In this document: positions 1 through 10,956 of the stretch, piece after piece
How positions within the stretch are numbered: position 1 is the first letter of the stretch
Layout: every line of letters begins with the position of its first letter
From: Fibrobacteria bacterium
GTDB taxonomy: Bacteria; Fibrobacterota; Chitinivibrionia; Chitinivibrionales; FEN-1185
Length of the DNA: 64,000 nucleotides
NCBI GenBank assembly: GCA_037447435.1
Contig: JBBIGR010000001.1
Span: 96,001-160,000 of the forward strand
Direction: 5' to 3'
The notes under the pieces: generated by a model
Database searches by the model: none
What the model saw: only the letters and a program-made list of their open reading frames with translations
What the model was told of the DNA's origin: nothing
Position numbers and translations under genes: made by a program

Positions 1-181
1 TTACCTCACTGTCGACGGTACCCGCCAGCCGGGCCAGATGAGCGCAATACCCGAGTCCTTTCAATTGATGGATCATAACATCCAAAAGTGCCGCCACGTC
101 GGGGTGTTTTCCGCATACGCCCATCGTCGTGCATCCTTTTCCGCCAACAGTTTGCTCACATTGATAACAAAACATTCCCAT
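1..181 (-). CDS. hcp: Hydroxylamine reductase / hybrid cluster protein, 5' part (runs off window edge)
   Basis: Manual translation from ATG at 181: MGMFCYQCEQTVGGKGCTTMGVCGKHPDVAALLD, the MFCxQCEQT...GC...GVCGK N-terminal Fe-S signature of Hcp; not in ORF track because truncated. Confidence 0.93.
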   Translation of the reverse strand, partial: MGMFCYQCEQTVGGKGCTTMGVCGKHPDVAALLDVMIHQLKGLGYCAHLARLAGTVDSEV

Positions 182-253
182 TTTATACGCCTTTCATAGA
201 AGTGAAATAATTTTTAATAATTCTATCGTTACCTAACGTCGAAATCCTCTTTT

Positions 254-1090
254 TTAAACCCATTCTTCGCTTTGTTTATTGCCCTTGATGCCGATCACGA
301 CCGACTTGATGGGTATTTTGCGTTTGGCAATCGAAGCCGCCTTTTGCGCTATAGCAAGTAATCCCCGGCAGCACGGCACTTCCATCGTTAAAACCGTGAG
401 CGTGTTTATTTTCGCTTCGTCGATAAGGGCCGTGACTTTTTCCAGGTACGACTCCTGCCCGTCGTCGAGTTTGGGGCATGCTATTGCCAGCGATTTTCCT
501 TTGAGCCAGTCTTTATGAAAATCGGCATAGGTGTATGCCACGCAGTCGGCAGACAACACCACATCGGCGGCTGCGTAGGACGGCGACATCGGCGACATCA
601 AATGCAATTGTACCGGCCAATGGGTAAGGTGGGACGGACGAGCTTGGCTATCGTCAACGGTCTGTGTTTCTGTTTTAGCAAGCGACCGGAATGCGGCCCC
701 CGGACAACCTTGATGATCATGCATATGTTCCTCCTTGTTTTCTGGTAACGTGATATTTTTCTCGCTTAATACGGAAACGGCTTCATTGTAAAATTGCGTT
801 TGATTATGGCTTTTTAAATGATCGAGATGCGCTGCAATAACAGTGGCACCTTGCAAAACGATATTTTCCATGACCCGTTTTTCATCGTATGCTTCGGCTT
901 CGCGTTCTTCGGTCGTTATTGCATCCACCGGGCAATGGCCGATGCATGCGCCCAAGCCGTCGCAAAACAAATCGCTGATCAGTCGGGCTTTGCCGTCTAT
1001 GAGTTGCAATGCACCTTCCGGGCAATTCGGCATACACTGGCCGCAGCCGTTGCATTTTTGATCATCGATTTTTATTATAGTTCGTTTCAT
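254..1090 (-). CDS. 4Fe-4S dicluster protein (Hcp-associated iron-sulfur protein)
   Basis: CNGCGQCMPNCP and CDGLGACIGHCP ferredoxin motifs; C-terminal WPVQLHL, ADC, CPKLD, MEVPCC motifs; directly upstream of hcp. Confidence 0.85.
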   Translation of the reverse strand: MKRTIIKIDDQKCNGCGQCMPNCPEGALQLIDGKARLISDLFCDGLGACIGHCPVDAITTEEREAEAYDEKRVMENIVLQGATVIAAHLDHLKSHNQTQFYNEAVSVLSEKNITLPENKEEHMHDHQGCPGAAFRSLAKTETQTVDDSQARPSHLTHWPVQLHLMSPMSPSYAAADVVLSADCVAYTYADFHKDWLKGKSLAIACPKLDDGQESYLEKVTALIDEAKINTLTVLTMEVPCCRGLLAIAQKAASIAKRKIPIKSVVIGIKGNKQSEEWV

Positions 1091-1156
1091 AAGGCCCCTT
1101 TTTAATGTGAACTTTTTTGTCCTGATATAAATATCGCTTTAACGGTAGGCTGCATC

Positions 1157-1172
1157 CTTGATGCAGATCAAG
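1157..1172. promoter_or_regulatory. CRP/FNR-family (FNR/Dnr/HcpR-type) operator
   Basis: CTTGAT-GCAG-ATCAAG is a perfect TTGAT-N4-ATCAA palindrome about 70 bp upstream of the Fe-S protein-hcp operon. Confidence 0.8.
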
Positions 1173-1186
1173 AAATGCTATCTTTT

Positions 1187-4100
1187 TTATTTAACGAAGT
1201 GCGACAGCAGGCTGTCGAGGCGATGGGAAAGCTTTTGAGCTCCTGCGAAACCAAGGTGATTGGCATCCATGGCGTCGGAGTCGGCGTAATCGTGGTTTCC
1301 GTAATTATTGGCATCATAAAAATGGAAATAAGGATTTCTGTTTTCTATTGAGTGAAGATATGCCGCGATTTTTGCATACGTTGTTTGGGACGGGCCGTAT
1401 CTGCCGACCGAATTCGTCGTCTGGTATGCGGGATTTTCGGGATATTCCACGACACACAGCAGCTTGCCCAAAGACGCAAGGGAATCTCCCAACGCCGAAA
1501 TACCTGCCAAGTTGACCTGCACGAACGTATCGGTAAATGCATAATCGGGTTTTTCGATAAGCGGCGTACCCCACGATCCGGCTATGTTCTGTTTTGGAAA
1601 TCCCGTCGAATCGAAATCCGGCCATGAAGAAGCGCCGAATGCGGCAATTTTATTGGCGACGCCCGCCGGAATTCCCGTTTTCCAAAAACCGTTTTTCATG
1701 TCGAATTGATAGCCTTCACTTTCGTAAAGCCCGTTTAAAAACGGGCTGTTGGGATAATAATCCGTGTTTAAAAACCCCGGATCAAGTCCCATTATCACTG
1801 CTTTGAGTTTCGGCGCTTGCGTCAGTAAATAATTGAACGACAGCGTTTCGCTCAGCAAATGTTCGCCCATGAGCGTCGCCATATTGATGCCCCGAAACGA
1901 CGGCATATTCTTTGGATCGACCCCGTATACTGTGGGCGAGCTGCCGACTATCCCGAGCGTTATGTCCGAATGATTTGCCCAAAACGCCTTCATTTTCTCG
2001 GTTAAAATGGTCTGGGTATATGCCCGGACAATGACATCGTATTTGGCAAAGCTGTGATACGGATCGGGAGCTTCGGAATTTTCGCCAGGATCTATCCATA
2101 AACAAGGCGCAGACAGGCCTTCTCCTACCGCAATCTCCAAATACGTCGAATCCTTCAAGTTGATGCAGAGTATCGATGCAAGCGCGCCGTTTGAACTGTT
2201 CTTTGCGATGGCAACGGCAAAATCGGGATGATTGGACCAGCGAACATCGTCCCACTCGGTAAATTCCTTGGGCACTTCATACCACTGTAAAACCTTTCCG
2301 GCCCCCTGCATCACCGAATTCTGACGGAACAAAATTGAATGAAAGCCGTACGGTTTGCCCACCAGCGTGCTCGTTTTATTATAGCCAAAATCAAGAAACA
2401 GCAATTCGTCGGGCCGTTGTTGCCCCGGTGAAATCGATACGTTACATACCTGCGCCGTATCGTCGCGACCGGAAAACGGAGGAATGAAAAACCGTATCAG
2501 GTCGTTGAATTTGCGATCGTATAAGTAGGCATTCGGATAGCCGCTGGCAAGGTATTCGGCGTTCCTCGACATTCCGGCCGGAAACGATCCCGAGTCCGCA
2601 AGTGTTATGGAATTTGACAAAAAGGAAAGTGCCGATACTTTACGCATTTGGGTTTTTTCATGTTTCCACGCGGGCAGGTTATTCATCGATGCCGCCGAAG
2701 TATAAACGATAAAAGTATCGGGAGCCAACGTATCTACCCACCACGTGGGCAAATAGGCCGCGTCACCCAGCGTGCAAAGACGCTGATGCGACGAATCGTC
2801 AAGAGGCCGAACCGTCGTTGTGGACGGTCCTCTAAAGCCGATGCTTTGCGATCCGTATGCGACATATGATCCGTTCGGAGAAATCGACGGCGAATAGGCC
2901 GGTATTGAATCCTGCAAAACCCTGACCGATACGGATGGCTGGGTAAAATCGACAAAACACAATTTTCGAGAATACCCGTTATCTTTGACAAACGCAATTT
3001 TGATGCGCGATGTCTTGGCAAACGAAATAAGCCCGGATTTTTCGCCCCTTACCGTTATGCCGAGGAAATCCGACTGTGCCGTTGCCCCCTTCGCGGTACT
3101 ATCGGGGAAGAATACACCCATGGCGATTCTGAAACCGACGTGTCTATTCACGGTCCGAGAAGGCATGGGATACGGCTCACTACGGCTGCTGCTCCGCAAA
3201 TACGATTCCCCAAGTTCAAAGCACCCTCCTCGGATCGGTCTTTGCCAGCTTGCTTCGTACGTTTCCGTGGCAAGTGCAACCGGCCCGATAGGATTAGTTT
3301 GCGGCGCGGTACCGTAAACATCGAGCCAATCGTTCACAAATTCCGATACATTGCCGGCCATGTCCCAAAGTCCGAAGGCATTCGGGCTTAGTTGACCTAC
3401 CGGATGACTTTTTGCGCCGGAATTCTGTCCGTACCAGGCATTTTTATTTACAACCGATGACGGCGCATCGGCGTTTCCCCATAAAAAATCCGTTGAACTG
3501 CCTGCGCGGGCGGCGAATTCCCATTCTGCCTCTGTCGGCAGGCGATACCCCATTCTCTCATAATGGGTTGCTATATTTTCCAGGACATACGGACAATTTT
3601 GGGTTGCACCGCATAATGCGCTAAAAGAATATACGGTGTCGTAGCCCTCTGCCTTGCTTTTTGCATTGCAAAAAAGAACCGCATCGTACCAGGAAACGTA
3701 TGTAACCGGAAAACTGTCTCCGATACCCACGGTCCCCTGCAATGCATTGTCGACCGATGGATTTTTGCCCATAAGACGGCGAAACTCGCCCTGTGTGGCT
3801 TCGCAAGCGGCCATGAAATAATTATAATCGAAACCTACGGTGTGAACGTTGCGCTCATTGCTTTGCGACAATGATGATGTGGAGCCCATAAGGAATTTTT
3901 TCCCTGCCGAAAGGATCGGAACCATTGAGGAATTCGGTTTCTTTGCAAATCGTGCGGTTACGGTCTGGTTGGCAAGTACAACCATATCGAACGGATTTTC
4001 GGTACTATTGACGTCTCCGAAGAACCCGATGAAAACATACCCCGAATCGGGTTGTGCAATCAGGGTAACTTTTGCGCCTGCAGGAATTTTGGTCCATGCA

Positions 4101-4255
4101 GAAATCACATAGGCTTTTCCATTCCCGCCGGATTCAAGATTCACCGAATACTTTGCGGTATGCGGATCAAACGGATTGTAGGAGCAGAAAACGACAAGCC
4201 ACAGCAACGCAGCAGTTATCACCTTTATAGAAGTCTGTATTCCGGCATTTTTCAT
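1187..4255 (-). CDS. TIGR02171-like Fibrobacterota lipoprotein with FGE-sulfatase (SUMF1/EgtB) domain
   Basis: Signal/lipobox-like N-terminus; RLPTEAEWEFAAR and PNAFGLWDMAGNVSE FGE motifs; propeller-like middle region (WSNHP); SGNH-like C-terminus (DANHL). Confidence 0.75.
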   Translation of the reverse strand: MKNAGIQTSIKVITAALLWLVVFCSYNPFDPHTAKYSVNLESGGNGKAYVISAWTKIPAGAKVTLIAQPDSGYVFIGFFGDVNSTENPFDMVVLANQTVTARFAKKPNSSMVPILSAGKKFLMGSTSSLSQSNERNVHTVGFDYNYFMAACEATQGEFRRLMGKNPSVDNALQGTVGIGDSFPVTYVSWYDAVLFCNAKSKAEGYDTVYSFSALCGATQNCPYVLENIATHYERMGYRLPTEAEWEFAARAGSSTDFLWGNADAPSSVVNKNAWYGQNSGAKSHPVGQLSPNAFGLWDMAGNVSEFVNDWLDVYGTAPQTNPIGPVALATETYEASWQRPIRGGCFELGESYLRSSSRSEPYPMPSRTVNRHVGFRIAMGVFFPDSTAKGATAQSDFLGITVRGEKSGLISFAKTSRIKIAFVKDNGYSRKLCFVDFTQPSVSVRVLQDSIPAYSPSISPNGSYVAYGSQSIGFRGPSTTTVRPLDDSSHQRLCTLGDAAYLPTWWVDTLAPDTFIVYTSAASMNNLPAWKHEKTQMRKVSALSFLSNSITLADSGSFPAGMSRNAEYLASGYPNAYLYDRKFNDLIRFFIPPFSGRDDTAQVCNVSISPGQQRPDELLFLDFGYNKTSTLVGKPYGFHSILFRQNSVMQGAGKVLQWYEVPKEFTEWDDVRWSNHPDFAVAIAKNSSNGALASILCINLKDSTYLEIAVGEGLSAPCLWIDPGENSEAPDPYHSFAKYDVIVRAYTQTILTEKMKAFWANHSDITLGIVGSSPTVYGVDPKNMPSFRGINMATLMGEHLLSETLSFNYLLTQAPKLKAVIMGLDPGFLNTDYYPNSPFLNGLYESEGYQFDMKNGFWKTGIPAGVANKIAAFGASSWPDFDSTGFPKQNIAGSWGTPLIEKPDYAFTDTFVQVNLAGISALGDSLASLGKLLCVVEYPENPAYQTTNSVGRYGPSQTTYAKIAAYLHSIENRNPYFHFYDANNYGNHDYADSDAMDANHLGFAGAQKLSHRLDSLLSHFVK

Positions 4256-4416
4256 ATAATACGTTTTATATTACCTGTCTCGTTGAAACACCGATCACAT
4301 AAAATAATACGGAATACTCTCTTAAATAGTTCTTTTGGCCGAATGCTCCGGGCTGTTGTTATTTTATTCGGTAACGATATCGATGCTGTCAAAACTTTTT
4401 ACGGGATTTTCTTCGC

Positions 4417-5841
4417 ATGCAGGAAGCTCTTATTCCTCGGTTCAGCCATGTTATAAAAGGCAGTGTCCTTTACGGATCTGCAGATATCGTTGTCGCGCTC
4501 GTCCGATTCTCTCTTATGGCTCTTTATACAAGAATTTTATCGCCTGCCGAATTCGGGTTTTACGCTGTTTTGACCACATCGCTTATGCTTGCAAATGTTT
4601 TTATTCCTCTTGGAATTCCGTCGGCAATCATGATAAAACTCGGGGAGAAAAAAACCGAGAATAGGCTCCCTGAAAAAGATTCCGCGTTCTTTTTTCTTGT
4701 TTTCACCTGTATTTTTTGCGGCATGGTTTTTAATGGAATAGCGCAATTCGGGTCTTTAAAATCCTCATTGAGCGGGCTGACATATTGGCTTATTCTGTAC
4801 ATTTCATCGGATATTTTAAGCGCAATTCCTAAGGTTTCTCTCCGGCTTCATGGAAACATAACCGGATTCAATACTGCGAAAATCATTAGGGTTTCGGCAA
4901 TGGCCGTGATTTTAATTATCGTTGTCAAGGGGGGCAAGAACGGCATTTCGGCAATAATTATTGCAGAATCCGCGGCCACTTTTCTCGAATTCATCGTCTG
5001 TATGATTTTTGACAAATTTTTACCGTATCGCTTCTCTTTTTCTCATCTTAAGCCGCTCCTTCATACGGGTGTACCATTAACCATAGTCGCCTTCGGCGTT
5101 GTAAGCATCGACGTATCGGACCGATATGTCATTTCATCGATTCTGGGAAATGGTGCGAACGGTTTTTATGCCGCTGCGGCAAAAATCGTTGTAGCTGCTT
5201 CATTTTTTGCCGAGGCATTCAACGGCATGTGGTTCCCCTATTTTTTGAAGATTACATCGAAAAGCAACTTTAAAATCGATGAGGATATGCGTCGTTTCGG
5301 CAAACGATTGATCGTTGCCTTTGCCGTTGCAATTTCGTTTTTAATAATTGCCCTCCCGATGTTGGTTTCCCTGAAAATTGCCGGAAAAGAATTTGTGGCA
5401 AAACAATACCATGAGGTCGCCGTGCTCATTGGCCCGCTGACGCTCGCGTATTTCTTTAAAATTGTTTTTTACCTATCAAGCGCAGCGCTGATTGCCCAAA
5501 AAAGAAGTTGGACCCTTTGTGCAATAATTTATGTTGCCGCAGCGGTCAATATCGGTGGAAATATTTTGACGGCAAACGCAAGGGGTTCGCACGACATTTT
5601 TTTAACTTTGTCAATTATTGCCCTGATGACTTCCGTTGCCTATGCCATCGGCATGATCGGCGCCGCAAAGGCTTCGGGTATGTTTGCATTCCGCTTTTGG
5701 TTCATCTCTCCGACGATATGGCTGTCGATCGGTTGCCTGACGCTCGCATTTCTTCCTATTCCCGTTTTTGCCAAAATTGCATGCCTGGCAGTCTTTTCTA
5801 TCCTTTTCGGCTTAAAAATCCTATCGGTAAAAAAAGCTTGA
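4417..5841 (+). CDS. Oligosaccharide flippase (Wzx/MOP family)
   Basis: Many TM segments; YTRILSPAEFG and SDRYVI...GFYAAA motifs typical of Wzx-like exporters. Confidence 0.8.
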   Translation: MQEALIPRFSHVIKGSVLYGSADIVVALVRFSLMALYTRILSPAEFGFYAVLTTSLMLANVFIPLGIPSAIMIKLGEKKTENRLPEKDSAFFFLVFTCIFCGMVFNGIAQFGSLKSSLSGLTYWLILYISSDILSAIPKVSLRLHGNITGFNTAKIIRVSAMAVILIIVVKGGKNGISAIIIAESAATFLEFIVCMIFDKFLPYRFSFSHLKPLLHTGVPLTIVAFGVVSIDVSDRYVISSILGNGANGFYAAAAKIVVAASFFAEAFNGMWFPYFLKITSKSNFKIDEDMRRFGKRLIVAFAVAISFLIIALPMLVSLKIAGKEFVAKQYHEVAVLIGPLTLAYFFKIVFYLSSAALIAQKRSWTLCAIIYVAAAVNIGGNILTANARGSHDIFLTLSIIALMTSVAYAIGMIGAAKASGMFAFRFWFISPTIWLSIGCLTLAFLPIPVFAKIACLAVFSILFGLKILSVKKA

Positions 5842-8316
5842 AGCAGCCCGCATGGTTTTAAGGAGTTCCTTTCCCATAAGCTCGTAGCCCGACTGGTTCG
5901 GATGGATAAAATCTGAAAAGTAAATCTGATTATAGGTCGAGTCCGACGGCAAATTCGACATCGGTTTGAAAACATCGACAAGCCATACGCCGGCCTGTCC
6001 CTTGCCTGTCCAGTCGGACCGCCGTGAAGTAACCACGGAATCCATCATCCGGTTGAAGGAATGCAGGTTTCGACGGAATGTTGCGTTTATGACATAACCG
6101 TTTCCGGCGGTATCTTTGGGAAGCGGTAAACCGTTAAGCACGTAAATCTCACTTTTTGGATTTCGCGCATGTATCGAATCTATCGAGGCCACGGCAAAAT
6201 TGCCGAACCCGTATTTCGCATTATACGTCGGTACCGCATATTCTTCGTTTGTACCGAGCATGTGCACCCAGATATCGGCAATGGCATTAGGATGCATCAT
6301 CAACGAATCGTACATATCTGCCGACGTCCTTCCATTTTCAGCCAAAGTGGAATCGTCTTCGGGCGGATACAAAGCATTGGTTTTAATCGGTCCATCGCAC
6401 CCGATCCGTTTTGCCGAACCTGCATATCGGCGAAGAGAATCGATAACCGACCGTCTGAAGCCGCCTCTGCCGGTTTCCCCGAAAAGCCCGGTAATAATTG
6501 AATGTCCAATGAAGCAAATCCTGTTTTGCATGAGTACGGTCTTTTGAACGAGCGGCGACATCACCGAATCGTTATGCGTGTCGAATGCCGTTACTTTTAT
6601 GAAATACGTCCCGGTGTCGGCAGTTTGCAAAGTACAAACCGGCGTACGGCCGCGATATACCTCGCCAAGCGATTGCCGGGAGAACCCTTTCATAAGAACA
6701 TAGGTAAAGGTGTCTTGAACAGTATCGGACCGCTTGGCCGAAAATGACAATTGCGTTTTTAAGATCTTTGGGGCTTGGGTTCTAACCACAACAGTGTCGA
6801 AATCGCTTTGCCCGGTCAGCGTAATTGTGCACGGAACCTGTTTAAACGTCACCGTCATCGTATCGAATGCAAACAAACCGTCATTGTCTTTTGCCCCGAA
6901 CACGACAGTGTTTGTCAATGGAAATTGGCTTGTCAATGAAAATTCGCCGACAAGGCTGCTGTCTGAAAAACCTGACGTATCAACTGTTTTCAGATAATAA
7001 TTCCGGATGGTCCCATTGGTGTCGCTGGCACGTAATTTTATTCGCAATGTGTCTGTTCGTACCAATGAGGTGTCGTTTGTCTTGACAATTTTGGGTAACC
7101 CTAAAGAAACATGAACAGTCAATGAATCGGACAACGATTCGATGGTGTCGCGGTCGACTGCCTTGACAAATATTTTATGGGTACCCGTATCCGATTTGCC
7201 GAAACGTATCGAAATCAAATTGCTGATAGTCGTATCGGAAAATGTTTTCCCGTTTTGCGACCAAAGAAAAAACAGAATCGGGGTTTTGGTACGTGCATTT
7301 GGTTTTCCAGTCGCCGTAATAGTACACGAATTATTAATAAAAACGGATGTGTCGTTACCTAAAAGAACCGAAGGCCGCTCAATTGAAACGGAGACGAGCA
7401 TGGAATCGGGTTGCGATATAAGTTTGTGAACATTTAAAGCCCTGGCGTATAGTTTCTGTAAACCGACATCGGATTTTCGATACACGGCACAATAACGGCC
7501 TGTTTGGGTCGTGTCCCGATAAATGCCGTCTGTTCGTGCCCATATATATCGAAGCGTATTTGAAAATGTATCAATCCGCCGGGCCGTAACCCAGAGGGAA
7601 TCGCGTATAGAAACTGAGGTGTCCGCAGGAAGGGAAATCATCGGAACATCGGCAATGGTATGCACCGTAGTCGTTTCCGGTTCGGAAAGGATACTGTCAT
7701 TGTCTATGGCTGTCATTATAATCGTGTGGGCGCCTGGTAAGCTTCCAAACACCCAAACGCTGGAAAAGCCATCGGTTTCCACAATTGTTTTTCCTGAATC
7801 CAAACTCCAGACAATTGATCTTACAGAACCGTTTTGATCCGAAGCATTTACCGAAAGAAATAAGGAATCATTGACAAATACCGTCGTATCGCGTCGCCAT
7901 CGAACGATACTGGGAGGATCCAAAACGACGTGAACAACGGTCGTTTCAACATCTGAAGCAATATTGTTTTTTGTAATAGCTTGCAAACAAATTATTTGCT
8001 TTCCCGTGTCCGAAACTTGAAAATAGAAAGTACAAATACTGTCGTGAATATTTTCCAATGCCACCTTTTTCCCATTTAGCCACCAATTGAATTTTGATGA
8101 AAGACCGCCGGTTTCGCTCGAATGCGCAACCAAGAAAATCGAATCCCTTACCCGTACCGTCGTATCGACAATACTCGTAATAACGGGTTTCAAATCATTT
8201 CTATCAACCGGATTTGTGCATGAGGAATCTAAAAGAATAATTAAAACAAGAGCTATAAATGCGATCGGTAAAATTCCAGTCTTATTCACTGATAAATCGT
8301 CGCCGTTCATTATCAC
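5821..8316 (-). CDS. Lipoprotein with Ig/PKD-like repeats and C-terminal SGNH/GDSL hydrolase domain
   Basis: Hydrophobic leader + SSC; repeated DTTV/DTSV beta-sandwich modules; FIGHSI (block I), LGTNE (block III), DFIHPNQSGY (block V). Confidence 0.7.
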   Translation of the reverse strand: MIMNGDDLSVNKTGILPIAFIALVLIILLDSSCTNPVDRNDLKPVITSIVDTTVRVRDSIFLVAHSSETGGLSSKFNWWLNGKKVALENIHDSICTFYFQVSDTGKQIICLQAITKNNIASDVETTVVHVVLDPPSIVRWRRDTTVFVNDSLFLSVNASDQNGSVRSIVWSLDSGKTIVETDGFSSVWVFGSLPGAHTIIMTAIDNDSILSEPETTTVHTIADVPMISLPADTSVSIRDSLWVTARRIDTFSNTLRYIWARTDGIYRDTTQTGRYCAVYRKSDVGLQKLYARALNVHKLISQPDSMLVSVSIERPSVLLGNDTSVFINNSCTITATGKPNARTKTPILFFLWSQNGKTFSDTTISNLISIRFGKSDTGTHKIFVKAVDRDTIESLSDSLTVHVSLGLPKIVKTNDTSLVRTDTLRIKLRASDTNGTIRNYYLKTVDTSGFSDSSLVGEFSLTSQFPLTNTVVFGAKDNDGLFAFDTMTVTFKQVPCTITLTGQSDFDTVVVRTQAPKILKTQLSFSAKRSDTVQDTFTYVLMKGFSRQSLGEVYRGRTPVCTLQTADTGTYFIKVTAFDTHNDSVMSPLVQKTVLMQNRICFIGHSIITGLFGETGRGGFRRSVIDSLRRYAGSAKRIGCDGPIKTNALYPPEDDSTLAENGRTSADMYDSLMMHPNAIADIWVHMLGTNEEYAVPTYNAKYGFGNFAVASIDSIHARNPKSEIYVLNGLPLPKDTAGNGYVINATFRRNLHSFNRMMDSVVTSRRSDWTGKGQAGVWLVDVFKPMSNLPSDSTYNQIYFSDFIHPNQSGYELMGKELLKTMRAASSFFYR

Positions 8317-8649
8317 GCCTTGATAACACCTTATTATAAGAAGCCCGGGAAAATGCCTTCGTTTAAAAAATTACCTTTTTTAACGATTAGTTTTCCATGT
8401 TAATTCGTATTAATTCGTATAATATGCTATGAATCGTTTGGGAAAAAGTAATTGAATCAATTTTTAGTACTTATGTTTGAATTATATAATCGTTGCCGCG
8501 GTAATGGAAGCATGCGTTTTTTGTGGGGATAATCTATAAAATAAACTTATCTTTCGCGAGCATGGGGCTAGCATTAAACGCAGAAATTAAATTATTCTAA
8601 GGACTTTTCACGGTTTTCAACAGAAATTCAAAAGCGAGACCAAATCTTC

Positions 8650-10899
8650 ATGCGTAAAACGTCATTTTTGATGGTTTTTTTGGGGAGTTTTGTTTTTTCG
8701 TCATTTTTTATAATCCAGCCGGTTCACGCGTCATCGGTGTTCAAGCAATTCAGTTCCGTTCGAACAATTAACGGAATGGAAAAAGTAGGACAATTCCTTT
8801 GGTGCGCAACAACCGGAGGAGTCGTCAAATATGCTATAGACGCCAAAGCAACAACACTGTTTTCGGATTTCGTGGATTTACCGGATTTGAATTTGACTTC
8901 CTGTGTTAAAGACAATTCCGGCAATATGTGGTTCGGCAGTAATGAGGGGTTTCTCATAAAATTAAACTTACAAACTGAAAAATTCTCCTCCTATAACGCG
9001 TTGCAAGCGGTTGGTTGGCCGATAAAAAGCATGCTGTTTTTTAAAGAAAATATTTTTATCGGCACAACTAACGGTTTGAGCATCTTTTCGCCGATCAAAG
9101 AATCAATGCAAAATATCCGTCAATTCGGAACAAGCACTGCAGCCGATGTATCGGTTATACGTTGTTTCGGCGATACGTTGGCCATTCGTACTTCCGACGG
9201 CATCTCTTATTGTGTCGTTTCGGATTTCAATACAACAATGTTTTCAAATCCGGGAATTTGGCATAATGTCAGTTCTGGAGATTTTGTTGATATTGTAGAA
9301 GTCAAAGGAACAATTGCCGGCAGCGCAACTCCGACCGTGCAACGCGACGGAAGTCTTTGGCAGTTCGGTACCACCGATGGAAAGTTGCTCCGCGACAGCA
9401 TCACCTTTGCAACTCTTTCATCCGCAGTCACCTGCTTTATCAGTATCGACAACACGCGATACGCCATCGGAACGGCAAATGACTTTTTTTCCATTTTTAA
9501 TTCGTTGGATAAGTCTTTAACTCAGGTCACCGTCAATTGCCCGACAAACACGGATATTAATTCCTGCGGACTCGATAAAAACGGATTCCTCTGGTATATG
9601 CCTCAGGATCCGAGCAATGGATTCGGCTATTTCGACGGCACATCCTGGATTAAACGGACATATCAAGATGATCCCGGTATCGGAACTCTTGGCATGGGGG
9701 TAATCGGTGCAAGAAATCCGTTGTGTATTACCACGCAAAACGACGTTTTTGTCGGTTCCAATGCTTATGGAGTCAAATGGTTAAATTCACAAACAAAAAC
9801 ATGGACGACATTTTGCGACCGCTTCGGACTAATGCCGTATGTCAATGCCATTAACCTTAACCCGGCACCCTATTACGATTCTCCATTGACGCGATTTTCT
9901 CCGGATTCATTAAACGGATGGTGGACCTTTTCTTCAGGCCTTTGCGAGGATTCGGCTGGAAATATCTGGTTTTCAAATAATAGAGCTTATAATGGAAATA
10001 TTCTTCACGTGAGAAAACCGCGGGAAAACAAATGGCGATCGTTTTCGATTAGCGATGTTTCTTTAAATTTATTATCGCTTTTTGCAGGACCTGTTGCCGC
10101 GAATTCAGACAAAACCCGCAAACGCCATTATATTTATCTCGGTTATAATTTCGCCGAAAACATGTCGGGCGGCGGCGTTTCGGTACTCAGTTATGCTTTT
10201 GGAGACAATCCGATCACCGACTCGATTCAATGCATAAGCAGTACTTCTTCTCATTTATTATCGGTAAGCGACATTGCAATTGCAAATGACACTCTTGCAT
10301 GGCTCGCCGGCGGAGACGGTATTTATTCCATGGTCCAAAACGACCCGAATACGATCAGGAAAATAACGACTATAACTTCACAGGACGGGGTTTATGCCGT
10401 GACGGTCGGCGATAACGGCAACGTCTTGTTTTGCAAGGACAGGGATTTATATTCCTACGACAATACGAGCGGTACTTTGACGCAAATCACGAAAACCGGC
10501 AATCTCGGCACCCACGTGAGCAATATCGTTCTTGATAAGAAATCGAATGTTTATTGGATTGCTAGCCAAAAGGGAATATTCCGTTTCGACAAAGGGGACT
10601 CGACGGCAGCAACCGGCGGCAACGGTTCTATCGATGTTTATCCGAACCCCATGTCCTGTTCAAAATTTAAAAACGGTCACCCCCTTCGCTTTGCAGGACT
10701 ATACGGCGCCAGCCCGAGCGTCCTCATTTATAACGCCGGCGGAGCGCTTGTCGCTTCATTATCCGATCAGAACACGCGAATCCTCTCCTGGAACGGGAAA
10801 AACCGTTCAGGGACTTTTGTGGTACCCGGCGTGTATTATTACAAGGCCGAGGTAGGCAATAATAAATTTGCAAAAGGTAAAATATTCATTACCCAATAA
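8650..10899 (+). CDS. porZ: PorZ-like beta-propeller protein with T9SS C-terminal sorting domain
   Basis: Signal peptide; LWCATTGG, DxxGNxWF two-component-propeller repeats; C-terminal VYPNP...IYN..G...W.G......PGVYYY; PorU-like gene in the same region. Confidence 0.6.
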   Translation: MRKTSFLMVFLGSFVFSSFFIIQPVHASSVFKQFSSVRTINGMEKVGQFLWCATTGGVVKYAIDAKATTLFSDFVDLPDLNLTSCVKDNSGNMWFGSNEGFLIKLNLQTEKFSSYNALQAVGWPIKSMLFFKENIFIGTTNGLSIFSPIKESMQNIRQFGTSTAADVSVIRCFGDTLAIRTSDGISYCVVSDFNTTMFSNPGIWHNVSSGDFVDIVEVKGTIAGSATPTVQRDGSLWQFGTTDGKLLRDSITFATLSSAVTCFISIDNTRYAIGTANDFFSIFNSLDKSLTQVTVNCPTNTDINSCGLDKNGFLWYMPQDPSNGFGYFDGTSWIKRTYQDDPGIGTLGMGVIGARNPLCITTQNDVFVGSNAYGVKWLNSQTKTWTTFCDRFGLMPYVNAINLNPAPYYDSPLTRFSPDSLNGWWTFSSGLCEDSAGNIWFSNNRAYNGNILHVRKPRENKWRSFSISDVSLNLLSLFAGPVAANSDKTRKRHYIYLGYNFAENMSGGGVSVLSYAFGDNPITDSIQCISSTSSHLLSVSDIAIANDTLAWLAGGDGIYSMVQNDPNTIRKITTITSQDGVYAVTVGDNGNVLFCKDRDLYSYDNTSGTLTQITKTGNLGTHVSNIVLDKKSNVYWIASQKGIFRFDKGDSTAATGGNGSIDVYPNPMSCSKFKNGHPLRFAGLYGASPSVLIYNAGGALVASLSDQNTRILSWNGKNRSGTFVVPGVYYYKAEVGNNKFAKGKIFITQ

Positions 10900-10956
10900 C
10901 ACACCGCTGCGAGCCCTATTCAAGAGAAGAATCCGGACCAAACGGATAATTCGTAT

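Noticed and set aside
8401..8423. TAATTCGTAT tandem duplication with TATAAT
   Set aside because: Two copies in an AT-rich divergent intergenic region; cannot separate from chance or assign to a regulator
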